DNA of 36,130 nt from Gammaproteobacteria bacterium (GTDB taxonomy: Bacteria; Pseudomonadota; Gammaproteobacteria; Pseudomonadales; Halieaceae), in the NCBI GenBank assembly GCA_002748505.1, contig PDSN01000039.1, forward strand, positions 1 through 36,130. The letters run 5' to 3'. The translations under genes were made by a program, and so were the position numbers. The notes beneath the pieces were generated by a model that saw nothing but the letters and a program-made list of their open reading frames with translations, was not told the origin of the DNA and ran no database searches. This document shows, in pieces, positions 9,049-17,915 of this stretch. Position 1 is the first letter of the stretch. Each line of letters opens with the position of its first letter.

Positions 9049-10263
9049 ATGCATATTCTTCACATTTTGGATCATTCCATCCCACTGCACAGCGGTTATA
9101 CCTTTCGCACTCGCAATATTTTGTTACAGCAGCGTGCGCGCGGTTGGCAGACCTCGCATATTACCGGCTTGAAGCAGGGTTTTGCCAGCGAGCCAAAAGA
9201 AACCGTTGATGAGCTGACCTTTTATCGCACGCCAGCTGCCGAGGGTGTGTTGGACCGTTTGCCGGTGATTAACCAGTGGCGGGTGATAAACACCCTGGCA
9301 AAGCGTCTAAAGCAGGTTGTCGATGAGATTAAGCCCGATATTTTACACGCGCACTCACCGGCACTTAACGGTTTGGCGGCGCTTAAGGTTGCGCGCCAGA
9401 CCGGTATACCCCTGGTGTATGAATGCCGCGCATTCTGGGAAGATGCGGCGGTGGATCACGGCACCAGCAGTGAGGGGGGGCTGCGTTACAAGCTCACCCG
9501 CGCACTTGAAAGCCGTGTTTTTGCCAAAGCCGATGCGGTGACAACCATTTGTGAAGGGTTAAGAAAAGATATTGTTGCCCGCGGCATCAGCCCCGATAAG
9601 GTCACCGTGATTCCAAACGCGGTGGATATCGAAAACTTCGCCATGGATCAGCCCGTGAACCTTGATTTACAGGAAAAGCTGGGCTTGAAAGACAAGCAGG
9701 TGCTGGGTTTTATCGGTTCGTTTTACGCCTATGAAGGTCTGCCGCTGATTTTGGACGCAATGCCCGCACTGGCAAAACAGTTTCCCGATATAAAGCTGCT
9801 GTTGGTTGGCGGTGGCCCGCAGGAAGATTTGATCAAGCAAAAAACCGCAACCCTGCAGTTGCAGGATCGGGTTATTCTCACCGGCCGCGTGCCCCATAGC
9901 GAGGTGCAGGACTACTACAATCTGGTGGATATTTTTGTGTATCCGCGTCTCTCCATGCGCTTGACTGATTTGGTGACGCCATTAAAACCGCTGGAAGCCA
10001 TGGCGCAGGGGCGTTTGGTGGTAGCGTCTGACGTGGGCGGACACCAGGAATTGATAGAAAACGGTAAAACCGGCCGTTTGTTTAAGGCAGGTGATGCGAA
10101 GGATTTAGCCGCAGTGGTGGCGAAGTTGCTCGACGATGAAGAACGGTGGCCTGCGATGCGCGCTGCCGGGCGCGATTATGTGGAAAACGTGCGCAACTGG
10201 CCCAATTCGGTGGCAAATTATCAAGCCATTTACGACAAATTGCTTGCGGGAAAACGCGCGTGA
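9049..10263 (+). CDS. GT4-type glycosyltransferase, exosortase A-associated (third sugar transferase)
   Basis: 404 aa. N-terminal MHILHILDHSIPLHSGYTFRTRNIL is characteristic of the third XrtA-locus transferase as I recall it. C-terminal PLKPLEAMAQGRLVVASDVGGHQELI. Confidence 0.8.
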   Translation: MHILHILDHSIPLHSGYTFRTRNILLQQRARGWQTSHITGLKQGFASEPKETVDELTFYRTPAAEGVLDRLPVINQWRVINTLAKRLKQVVDEIKPDILHAHSPALNGLAALKVARQTGIPLVYECRAFWEDAAVDHGTSSEGGLRYKLTRALESRVFAKADAVTTICEGLRKDIVARGISPDKVTVIPNAVDIENFAMDQPVNLDLQEKLGLKDKQVLGFIGSFYAYEGLPLILDAMPALAKQFPDIKLLLVGGGPQEDLIKQKTATLQLQDRVILTGRVPHSEVQDYYNLVDIFVYPRLSMRLTDLVTPLKPLEAMAQGRLVVASDVGGHQELIENGKTGRLFKAGDAKDLAAVVAKLLDDEERWPAMRAAGRDYVENVRNWPNSVANYQAIYDKLLAGKRA

Positions 10264-11324
10264 AAATCGGTTTAGTTGGTCCTGTTCCACCGCCAGCGGG
10301 TGGTATGGCGATGCAAACCTTGCAACTCAAAGAGCTGCTGGAGAGTGAAGGGCAGAGCGTAGTCATGCTGGCCACCAACGGCCCCTACAAGCCAGCCTTC
10401 GCTGAAAAACTCAAAGGTATTCGCGCGCTGTTTCGCCTGCTGCCGTATTTAGCTGGCTTATGGAATTTATGTTCGCGCGTTGAATTGATTCACTTGATGG
10501 CAAATTCCGGTTGGTCATGGCTGCTTTTCAGTGCGCCCTGTCTAGTGATTGCCAAACTTCGCGGTACGCCGGTTATCGTCAACTATAGAGGCGGAGAAGC
10601 AGACAGTTATTTCGCCAACAACGCCTGGCATGTCAGGCCGATTATGCGCCTGGCCGCAAAGGTGATTGTGCCTTCGCGCTTTTTAAAGCATGTGTTTTTA
10701 CGCTACGACCTGCGCACCGATGTTATTCCCAATATTGTGCGTCTTGAGCGTTTTTCAGGCCAGCGCGCATCTGTGCACGATGGTGCGCATCTCGTTATTA
10801 CCCGCAATTTAGAACCTATTTACGGCATTCCCACTGCGCTAAAAGCACTGGCACTTGTTGCTGAAAAATTCCCGCAAACACACTTATCCATTGCTGGTAG
10901 TGGGCCGCAATTGGAAGAGCTTGAAACCCTGGCGGAAACCCTGGGCGTGCGGGATAAGGTTTCTTTTCTCGGGCGGCTTGATCGCGATGCGATAGACGCA
11001 CTGTACCGCAGCGCCGATGTGCTGCTCAATCCCACCACCGTGGACAATATGCCCAACTCACTGTTAGAGGCGATGGCCGCCAAAGTGTGCATTGTCAGCT
11101 CCAATGTGGGTGGTGTGCCGTTTATGGTGGAACATGAAAAAACCGCTTTGTTAACGCCGGTTGGCGATGAACAAGCGATGGCCGATGCCATATCCTGTCT
11201 ACTCACCGATGAGCTGTTGCGCAAACGACTGGTGACCGCTGCTTACAACAGTGTGCAACGCTGTGCGTGGCCCGAAGTGAAAAATCAATGGCTAAGCACG
11301 TATCAGGAGGTGCTGCGCGCATGA
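10260..11324 (+). CDS. GT4-type glycosyltransferase
   Basis: The ORF track starts at 10146 inside the previous gene. GTG 10260 forms a GTGA overlap with the upstream stop and gives VKIGLVGPVPPPAGGMA. C-terminal PNSLLEAMAAKVCIVSSNVGGVPFMVEHEKTA. Confidence 0.75.
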   Translation: MKIGLVGPVPPPAGGMAMQTLQLKELLESEGQSVVMLATNGPYKPAFAEKLKGIRALFRLLPYLAGLWNLCSRVELIHLMANSGWSWLLFSAPCLVIAKLRGTPVIVNYRGGEADSYFANNAWHVRPIMRLAAKVIVPSRFLKHVFLRYDLRTDVIPNIVRLERFSGQRASVHDGAHLVITRNLEPIYGIPTALKALALVAEKFPQTHLSIAGSGPQLEELETLAETLGVRDKVSFLGRLDRDAIDALYRSADVLLNPTTVDNMPNSLLEAMAAKVCIVSSNVGGVPFMVEHEKTALLTPVGDEQAMADAISCLLTDELLRKRLVTAAYNSVQRCAWPEVKNQWLSTYQEVLRA

Positions 11325-12670
11325 GTTTTTATACGTCTTTGGTGGCGAATATTTTATTTCCGCTGCATGAGCGCTTAAAAAAACACAGTACCATCGCTGT
11401 GCACAAGCAGATGGAAGCTACTCAGTGGTACAAGCCGGAGCATTTAGAACAACTGCGCGTACAGCGTCTGCGCACGTTTTTGCAGCGTATTGGCAAAGAT
11501 GTGCCTTATTATCGTGAACTGTTTGCCAGGCTTGAGTTTAACCCCGACACCGTCAATTCCCTGGACGATATTCAGCAATTACCCCTGATGGGCAAGCCGG
11601 AAATTCGCGGGCATTCCGACGCTATGAAAGCCGACAACGCACAGGGTCTGGCGCGATTTAACACTGGCGGTTCCAGCGGCGAGCCCTTGATTTTTTATAT
11701 TGGCAATGAGCGCGTCAGTCACGATGTGGCGGCGAAACGTCGCGCAACCCGCTGGTGGGGTGTTGATATTGGCGATCCCGAAATTGTGGTCTGGGGCTCG
11801 CCCATTGAACTGGGCGCACAGGATCGCGTGCGTATGCTGCGCGATAAACTGTTTCGCACCGAACTGTTATCAGCTTTTGAAATGACAGAGGATAATTTAA
11901 ACCATTTTGTCTCGGTCATTCGTGAAATGCGCCCCAAAATGTTGTTCGGTTATCCCTCCTCGCTATCCCATATCGCCAAACACGCCAGGCAGAAAGGCGT
12001 GCCCATGGATGACCTGGGTATAAAGGTGGCGTTTGTAACCTCTGAGCGTTTATACGACGAGCAGCGTCTGATCATTGAAGAGGTCTTCGCCTGTCCGGTG
12101 GCAAATGGCTACGGTGGCCGCGATGCGGGCTTTATCGCCCACCAATGCCCAGAGGGCAATATGCATATTACCGCTGAAGACATGCTGGTGGAAATCATTG
12201 ACAAGGACGGCAATACCCTGCCCGCAGGGCAAAGTGGTGAAATTGTCGTCACCCATTTTGCCACCGCTGATTTCCCCTTTTTGCGCTATCGCACCGGCGA
12301 TGTGGGTGTGCTGGATGACGAGTTGTGTCGCTGCGGTCGCGGTCTGCCATTGTTAAAAGAAATACAAGGCCGGACTACGGATTTTGTGGTCGCAAAAAAC
12401 GGCGCGGTGATTCACGGTCTTGCACTGATTTATATTTTGCGTGATTTGCCGGGCATCGCTGAGTTTAAGGTGGTACAGGAATCCCTGGATCTCACTCGGG
12501 TCATGTTGGTAAAAGGCCCTGATTTTGCAGCCAGTAATGAAGACGCCATCCGCGATGTTTTTCAGCAGCGCCTGGGTAAAGATGTGGATGTGGTATTTGA
12601 ATACAGCGACCTTATTCCGGCGGAAAAATCCGGCAAATTCCGGTATATCATCAGCAAAGTAGCGGTTTGA
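11321..12670 (+). CDS. Adenylate-forming enzyme of the phenylacetate-CoA ligase / CapK / coenzyme F390 synthetase-like family
   Basis: ATG 11321 forms an ATGA overlap with the upstream stop. NTGGSSGEPLIF (AMP-binding P-loop-like) and FLRYRTGDVG motifs. About 449 aa, typical for CapK-like proteins of capsule loci. Confidence 0.75.
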   Translation: MSFYTSLVANILFPLHERLKKHSTIAVHKQMEATQWYKPEHLEQLRVQRLRTFLQRIGKDVPYYRELFARLEFNPDTVNSLDDIQQLPLMGKPEIRGHSDAMKADNAQGLARFNTGGSSGEPLIFYIGNERVSHDVAAKRRATRWWGVDIGDPEIVVWGSPIELGAQDRVRMLRDKLFRTELLSAFEMTEDNLNHFVSVIREMRPKMLFGYPSSLSHIAKHARQKGVPMDDLGIKVAFVTSERLYDEQRLIIEEVFACPVANGYGGRDAGFIAHQCPEGNMHITAEDMLVEIIDKDGNTLPAGQSGEIVVTHFATADFPFLRYRTGDVGVLDDELCRCGRGLPLLKEIQGRTTDFVVAKNGAVIHGLALIYILRDLPGIAEFKVVQESLDLTRVMLVKGPDFAASNEDAIRDVFQQRLGKDVDVVFEYSDLIPAEKSGKFRYIISKVAV

Positions 12671-13770
12671 TGCGCGTTTTCCTGGCTGTCTTGCTGTGCC
12701 TGCCCTGGCTGGTCAGCGCCGAGGGCGTGGATAAAACCTTTAGCTTTGCAGATTGTCACCGCGTACAGGGCAAGGTGGTCTGTGACCCACGGGAAAAATC
12801 GACTGCCAGGCCTGTGCAAAAAAACAATCTGCAGGCCCTGGTCAATGTCACGCCAAGTGGTGGCACATTGACGATTGCACCCGGCGAATATCAGCAGGGT
12901 TTGATTCTGTACCGTCCAATTACCCTCAATATGCGAGGGGTGCATATGCATAAAGTGGTGTGGAAAAAAGCTGCGCTGATTGTCGAGCAAACAGAACCCG
13001 GCCCTATTGTTATCAATGACTATCAGCACGATGGCAGGCACTCAGATGCTGTTTACAGAAACCTGTCGGGGCTGCGCATCAGCGGGAAACAGTTTGATGT
13101 CACGTTGAATAACGCCCATATTCAACACACCGCAATGGGTGTATTGACGGACAATAAGGGCGGTAGTCTGACGATCAATGACTCGGTGATTGAAAACATC
13201 GGCGGCATTCCCGGGCAGTCCAGTCTCAGTCATATCGTATACGCGGGATTGATTGACACCCTGACCATTCAGGACACTGTCTTACGAAATTCTACGGGCA
13301 AAGGGCATTTGTTGAAGTCCCGTGCCAAACGCACCACTGTCAGTCGTTCTGAGCTTGCGGGCAAAGACGGTGAACACAGCCGTGTAATTGATATTTCCTG
13401 CGGTGGGTTTTTGGCTGTGACCAACAGTCTTTTACAGGCAAGTGCCAATGCCGATAACGCCGATCTTATTGCCATGGGCGTGGAAGCCCCGCAGAATTGC
13501 CACAACACCAGCCGCGACAATAAGGTGGTGATTACCGGCAATACCATCCTGTTTGATATACGCCATAAGCAACAACTACCCTTGGCGGATCAGATTTTTT
13601 TTAACTGGCAGGGGCCGGTGAGTTCCCTGAACGTCAGCGACAACATCATTGTCGCGCCGGGGCGGTTTTTGTGGCAGGCCCCGTGGCGTCATGTGGATAT
13701 CAGCATTCCCAAAAGCGCGAATAACTGCATTTATAAAACGCGCGAGGCGGCGGGTTTAGCGGGTTTTTGA
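12670..13770 (+). CDS. Secreted right-handed parallel beta-helix protein (putative polysaccharide lyase/epimerase/hydrolase)
   Basis: Signal peptide MRVFLAVLLCLPWLVSAEG. Repeated short N/D/T-x-hydrophobic rungs occur (LTINDSVIEN, LTIQDTVLRN, LAVTNSLLQA, VVITGNTILF, LNVSDNIIV). The start overlaps the upstream TGA by 1 nt. Confidence 0.6.
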   Translation: MRVFLAVLLCLPWLVSAEGVDKTFSFADCHRVQGKVVCDPREKSTARPVQKNNLQALVNVTPSGGTLTIAPGEYQQGLILYRPITLNMRGVHMHKVVWKKAALIVEQTEPGPIVINDYQHDGRHSDAVYRNLSGLRISGKQFDVTLNNAHIQHTAMGVLTDNKGGSLTINDSVIENIGGIPGQSSLSHIVYAGLIDTLTIQDTVLRNSTGKGHLLKSRAKRTTVSRSELAGKDGEHSRVIDISCGGFLAVTNSLLQASANADNADLIAMGVEAPQNCHNTSRDNKVVITGNTILFDIRHKQQLPLADQIFFNWQGPVSSLNVSDNIIVAPGRFLWQAPWRHVDISIPKSANNCIYKTREAAGLAGF

Positions 13771-13827
13771 TTTTAGTGCTTGATTTTATTTTTGTGCCGC
13801 CAGCACTGCATTCATGAAATACCCGAG

Positions 13828-15651
13828 TTATTCCTGATGTGCCGCTACCCACAGTTCAAACACTGTTAAAATCCACACCAGCTCTCCGTAATAGGAGGCG
13901 TGGCCAGAGCGGTGCAGTTCTATGGTTTTGTCGATAAATTCAGGGCGCAGGTAGCCGCGTTTCTTTAATGAGAGCAGGTTGTCGTAGGCCATGTCGCGCA
14001 GTGGCTGGTGTTCGCGCATCCATACGCCGAAGGGCAGGCCAAAACCCTGTTTGCTTTTGTTAATGGTGGCATCGGGTAACCAGCCGCGCAGGGCGTTTTT
14101 ATAAAAACGTCGCAGTTCGCCTTTGGCCAGTTTCATTTTACTGGGAATGGAGAGCGAAAAATTCACCAGCTCATCGTCGAGCATAGGGTAGCTGACCCTG
14201 ACTCCGGCCAGGGCGCACATATGGCTGACTTTGCGCAGGTCGTTGTCGGCCAGCGTGTACTGCCAATCCAGATACAACATACGGTTTTGCAGAGTGGCGG
14301 GTTCTGGCCGCTGGTATATTTCGCGCTGTAAAGCGATGGGCGCTTCTGTGTTTATTTCACTGACAAAGTCGTCAGTGAATATTTCCCTGGCACTGTGGCG
14401 ATGCAGGAAGTTATAGCTTTGCATTCTGTCGGGCAGCGGGGTGTTGGCCTGGTCAATATAACTGCCGGCTTTTGACACCAGCGGCAATGCGTTTGGCAGA
14501 GCTTTAACTAGGGGTTCCAGTAAACCGCTGCGCAAAAAACCAGGTATGTTTTGGTAGTATTCAAACACTTGTTGTTTGGCGTAGCGCTCATTACCCGCAA
14601 AAAACTCGTCGCCACCATCGCCAGCTAACAACAGCTCGATGCCCGCTTCTTTGGCTGTTTTGGCACAGAAATAGGCGGGCAGGGCAGAGGAGTTACCAAA
14701 GGGTTCGTCGTAGCTGGTGGCAACCAACGGCAGTGCTTCCACTACGTCCTCGGGGGTGACGTAATACTCGTTGAGTTCAACGCCAAAGTGTTTGGCGGTA
14801 ATGCGCGCGAAGGCCATTTCGTCATAGCCCTCGGCGGAGAAACCAATCGAGAACGCGCGCGCGGTGTCGTCGCGAATTTCCGATAACATGCCCACCACGG
14901 TTGAGCTGTCCAGTCCGCCGCTCAAAAACGCACCCACGTTCTCGCCTTCAGCGCCGGCTTTACGGGTGGATTCACGCAGCCAGTGTTTTAGCTCTTCACA
15001 GAGCTTTTGCTCCGGCGCGCTGGCCTTCTCGCTGAATTTCGGTACCCAGTAGCAGTGGGTGTTTAGCTGTCCATTTGCGAAGCGCAAACAATGTGCACCT
15101 GGCAATTTACTCAAGCCCCGGTAAACCGACACCGGGCTTGGCACCATATGGAAATACACATAATCGTAGATGCCCTGTGCAGTCAGCTCGCGCTCCAGCG
15201 CGGGGTGGGCCAGCGTGGCACTGGCGGAACTCGCCACTGCGATACCTGCATCGTTTGGCATTACGGCATAGTAAATGGGATGTTGGCCGAAACGGTCGTT
15301 GGCGGCGACAACGGTGTCTGCCTGTTTGTCCACTAAACAAACACTAAAGACGCCGGTGATACCGTCCAGCACTTTTTCGCCCCGTTTGCTGTAGGTGTCG
15401 GCGAACGTCTGCGCGGGATGCGTCGATACCTCACCCGCAAAGCGCGGAGCGCCGGTAACCAGCACTAAAAACTGCTCATTTTCAAATACATCGCCGGTAC
15501 TGACGCCGTGGCAGTGTTCACCGCCCAAATAGTGGTGCGGCAGCTGCGAATTCAGAGCGCCGCCTAAAATGTTGCTGGCATCGGGCGCATCGGCCTTATA
15601 CCAGCAGGCCAGGGCATCAGTTAGCAGAGGGGATTGGGAAATATGACTCAC
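13828..15651 (-). CDS. Asparagine synthetase B-family protein with a degenerate (Cys-less) glutaminase domain
   Basis: The 706-aa track ORF runs into the upstream gene. GTG 15651 has AAGGA about 9 nt upstream and gives MSHISQSPLL. PP-loop AFLSGGLDSS and the DGGDE motif are intact. There is no N-terminal Cys, and the NGE motif is replaced by TGA (LVLVTGAPRF). Confidence 0.75.
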   Translation of the reverse strand: MSHISQSPLLTDALACWYKADAPDASNILGGALNSQLPHHYLGGEHCHGVSTGDVFENEQFLVLVTGAPRFAGEVSTHPAQTFADTYSKRGEKVLDGITGVFSVCLVDKQADTVVAANDRFGQHPIYYAVMPNDAGIAVASSASATLAHPALERELTAQGIYDYVYFHMVPSPVSVYRGLSKLPGAHCLRFANGQLNTHCYWVPKFSEKASAPEQKLCEELKHWLRESTRKAGAEGENVGAFLSGGLDSSTVVGMLSEIRDDTARAFSIGFSAEGYDEMAFARITAKHFGVELNEYYVTPEDVVEALPLVATSYDEPFGNSSALPAYFCAKTAKEAGIELLLAGDGGDEFFAGNERYAKQQVFEYYQNIPGFLRSGLLEPLVKALPNALPLVSKAGSYIDQANTPLPDRMQSYNFLHRHSAREIFTDDFVSEINTEAPIALQREIYQRPEPATLQNRMLYLDWQYTLADNDLRKVSHMCALAGVRVSYPMLDDELVNFSLSIPSKMKLAKGELRRFYKNALRGWLPDATINKSKQGFGLPFGVWMREHQPLRDMAYDNLLSLKKRGYLRPEFIDKTIELHRSGHASYYGELVWILTVFELWVAAHQE

Positions 15652-15736
15652 GGCGATACTGTCCTTGCGAGAATATGACAAAGCGGTGATGCTAGCATTT
15701 TGCGATGCTAAAGGTAACGCAGCACCTGCATTCGCT

Positions 15737-17302
15737 TTAGGCAATATCACCAGAGCTTGTGCTTTTCCGTTGATCCGGCGCTGCCCGGTACCTTGGCAAT
15801 ACGGTAGCGGTGGGGAACTGATCCAGTAGTGGTTGGGGGAAACCGCTGGCATCGACCACCTGCGCGTGTTGCCGCCCCAGCTGGCGCGGCTCGGTGACAC
15901 CACAGGAATGGGCGATGATTTCAACCTCGTGGGCGATATTGTCGGCATAGTGCGCCACGCGCTCGGCCTTGTGCAATGGGTTCAGTCCTTCCTGTAGGTC
16001 TTTATTGTGTGTGGTAATACCGGTGGGACAGGTGTTTTTATTGCATTGCAAAGCCTGAATACAACCAAGTGCGAATAAAAAACCGCGCGCCGTGTTAACC
16101 ATATCGGCACCCAGACACAGGGCGCTGGCGACTTCTATCGGGTTAATGAGTTTGCCCGAGGCGATAATTTTGACACGATCGCGCAGGGCATAGCGGGTCA
16201 GGGTATCCACCAACAGCGGCAGGGCGCGTTTCAGGGGGAGCCCCATCGCATCGATTAAACTCAACGGTGCGGCGCCGCTGCCGCCATCGCCACCATCCAA
16301 GGTAATAAAGTCCGGTGCGTAATCCAGCCCTTTTTGGTGGATGGTTTTGCAAAGCTCATCGAGCCAGGCGTCTGCACCCAACACCGTTTTAAACCCTACG
16401 GGCTTGCCGGTGACCCTGCGAATATGTGCGATACGCTCCAGCAGTTCGTCGATGGAATTGATGTCGGTGTGGCGATTTGGGCTGATTGAGGCCTCGCCGA
16501 CAGGAATCCCCCGGGTGCTGGCGATCAGTTCGGTGACTTTTGCAGCGGGTAATATGCCGCCCTTACCGGGTTTGGCACCCTGGGCGAGTTTAAGCTCAAA
16601 CATACGCACCTGTTTATGCGCAGCGATGTCTTTGAGTTTCTCGTCACTCAAATGCCCGTGTGCATCGCGCACACCGTATTTCGCCGTGCCGATTTGAAAA
16701 ACGATGTCACAGCCGCCCTCTAAATGATAGGGCGACAGGCCGCCTTCGCCGGTGTTTAAGTAAATACCGGCTTTGGCAGCGCCGTGGGACAGTGCTTGCA
16801 CCGCTGGCGCCGACAGTGCGCCAAAACTCATCGCGGAAATGTTGACCAGTTTATTGCTGGTAAAAGGTGTGGCGGCGCTGTGTTCTCCAAACACGATGGC
16901 CGCGGGCGCGGTGATATCACTTTCCAGTGGTGGAAATAGCGCGTTCAGGAAAATGGTGTTGCCAGGGGTGTTCAAACTGCGTGAGGATCCAAAGGCAGTG
17001 GTGGTGTCGAGGTTTTTTGCTGCGCGATACACCCAACTGCGCTGGGCGCGGTTAAAGGGCAGCTCTTCGCGATCCATGGCGAAGACATAAGGTCTGAAAA
17101 ATTCACCCAGATGTTCAAAAAAATAGCGAAAACGGCCGATGATCGGGAAGTTGCGACGGATGGCATGGCGACTTTGGTTGATATCGCGAAAGTACATCCA
17201 GGCGAGGACAAGCACTACGGCAAAAACCGCCAGACTGACGCCAATGGCGCTGATTTCCAGGAATAGCGAAGTGAAACGCTCAAGCGTGCCGGACTGATTC
17301 AT
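15737..17302 (-). CDS. FMN-binding glutamate synthase-family protein (GltS FMN domain-like), N-terminally membrane-anchored
   Basis: ATG 17302 with GGAG upstream. TM helix ISAIGVSLAVFAVVLVLAW. TIM-barrel FMN-type motifs GEGG and LDGGDGGSGAAP. C-x5-C-x4-C (CIQALQCNKNTCPTGITT) matches the GltS [3Fe-4S] ligand pattern. Confidence 0.8.
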   Translation of the reverse strand: MNQSGTLERFTSLFLEISAIGVSLAVFAVVLVLAWMYFRDINQSRHAIRRNFPIIGRFRYFFEHLGEFFRPYVFAMDREELPFNRAQRSWVYRAAKNLDTTTAFGSSRSLNTPGNTIFLNALFPPLESDITAPAAIVFGEHSAATPFTSNKLVNISAMSFGALSAPAVQALSHGAAKAGIYLNTGEGGLSPYHLEGGCDIVFQIGTAKYGVRDAHGHLSDEKLKDIAAHKQVRMFELKLAQGAKPGKGGILPAAKVTELIASTRGIPVGEASISPNRHTDINSIDELLERIAHIRRVTGKPVGFKTVLGADAWLDELCKTIHQKGLDYAPDFITLDGGDGGSGAAPLSLIDAMGLPLKRALPLLVDTLTRYALRDRVKIIASGKLINPIEVASALCLGADMVNTARGFLFALGCIQALQCNKNTCPTGITTHNKDLQEGLNPLHKAERVAHYADNIAHEVEIIAHSCGVTEPRQLGRQHAQVVDASGFPQPLLDQFPTATVLPRYRAAPDQRKSTSSGDIA

Positions 17303-17429
17303 GGCGGGCTCCGTGGGTATGTGGGGCTGCCAAGTATCGCTCCTGAACAAAAGTGGTGCAAGGTTTGCTGCAAGCGTGTATGGTGTTGACCGAATCTTCG
17401 TTGAGGTCAATAGAAACAGGAGCCGTAAT

Positions 17430-17804
17430 ATGTCACGCAGATCAGTCGCTTACCTATTTGTTGCATTACTTTCGCCCGCCATGGCACAGGCGGATGAGTT
17501 GTCAGTTTTATCCAGCAATCTGTGTGAAAAAATGAAAGCCTGCGCGCTTGAGGAAATGCAAAGTGAAGGTATGGACGTGTCGATGCGGGCTATGATTCAG
17601 CCCATGCTTGATAATATGTGCGTGAGCATGGCTCAATACACCGCTGCAGTGGCGCAACACAGCGATCTTCGAGGGCCGGCTACGGCCTGTTTAAAGAGCC
17701 TGCAGGGTTTTACCTGCGCCGATTTTAAACGTGGCCAGCAAGGTTCTACTCCTGAGTGCAGGGAGTTTGAAGAAAAAGCGAATGCCGCGCGCAAGCAGCA
17801 GTAG
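17430..17804 (+). CDS. Small secreted Cys-rich hypothetical protein
   Basis: ATG 17430 with AGGAG 8 nt upstream. Signal peptide MSRRSVAYLFVALLSPAMAQA. The mature part of about 100 aa has six Cys. No family was recognised. Confidence 0.55.
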   Translation: MSRRSVAYLFVALLSPAMAQADELSVLSSNLCEKMKACALEEMQSEGMDVSMRAMIQPMLDNMCVSMAQYTAAVAQHSDLRGPATACLKSLQGFTCADFKRGQQGSTPECREFEEKANAARKQQ

Positions 17805-17860
17805 CTAGACAAACCCCGCGCCCCGCGCGCAGAGCAGATATTGCGCTAAAGTCCTGCATT

Positions 17861-17880
17861 CCAGTAAAATTACTGGTTTT
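17861..17880 (+). terminator. Weak candidate intrinsic terminator (CCAGTA-aaat-TACTGG-TTTT)
   Basis: A 6-bp stem with a 4-nt loop, followed by four T, located 57 nt after the stop of the small secreted protein gene. The stem is AT-rich. Confidence 0.3.
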
Positions 17881-17915
17881 CCTTGTTCCATCCCTATTTG
17901 AAGGAGTGTGCGCAC

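Noticed and set aside
13828-15651. The Cys-less AsnB homologue as a lasso-peptide cyclase or a beta-lactam/carbapenam synthetase.
   Set aside because: There is no transglutaminase-like B protein, no RRE/PqqD-like gene, no short precursor ORF, no ABC exporter and no beta-lactam pathway gene nearby.
13828-15948. The 706-aa version of the AsnB-like ORF, and similar N-terminal extensions in the track (17410, 10146, 11267, 5945, 20855, 31471, 33983, 34023).
   Set aside because: The extensions overlap the neighbouring gene or lack an RBS. Internal starts with SD sequences or start/stop overlaps reproduce the family-typical N-termini.
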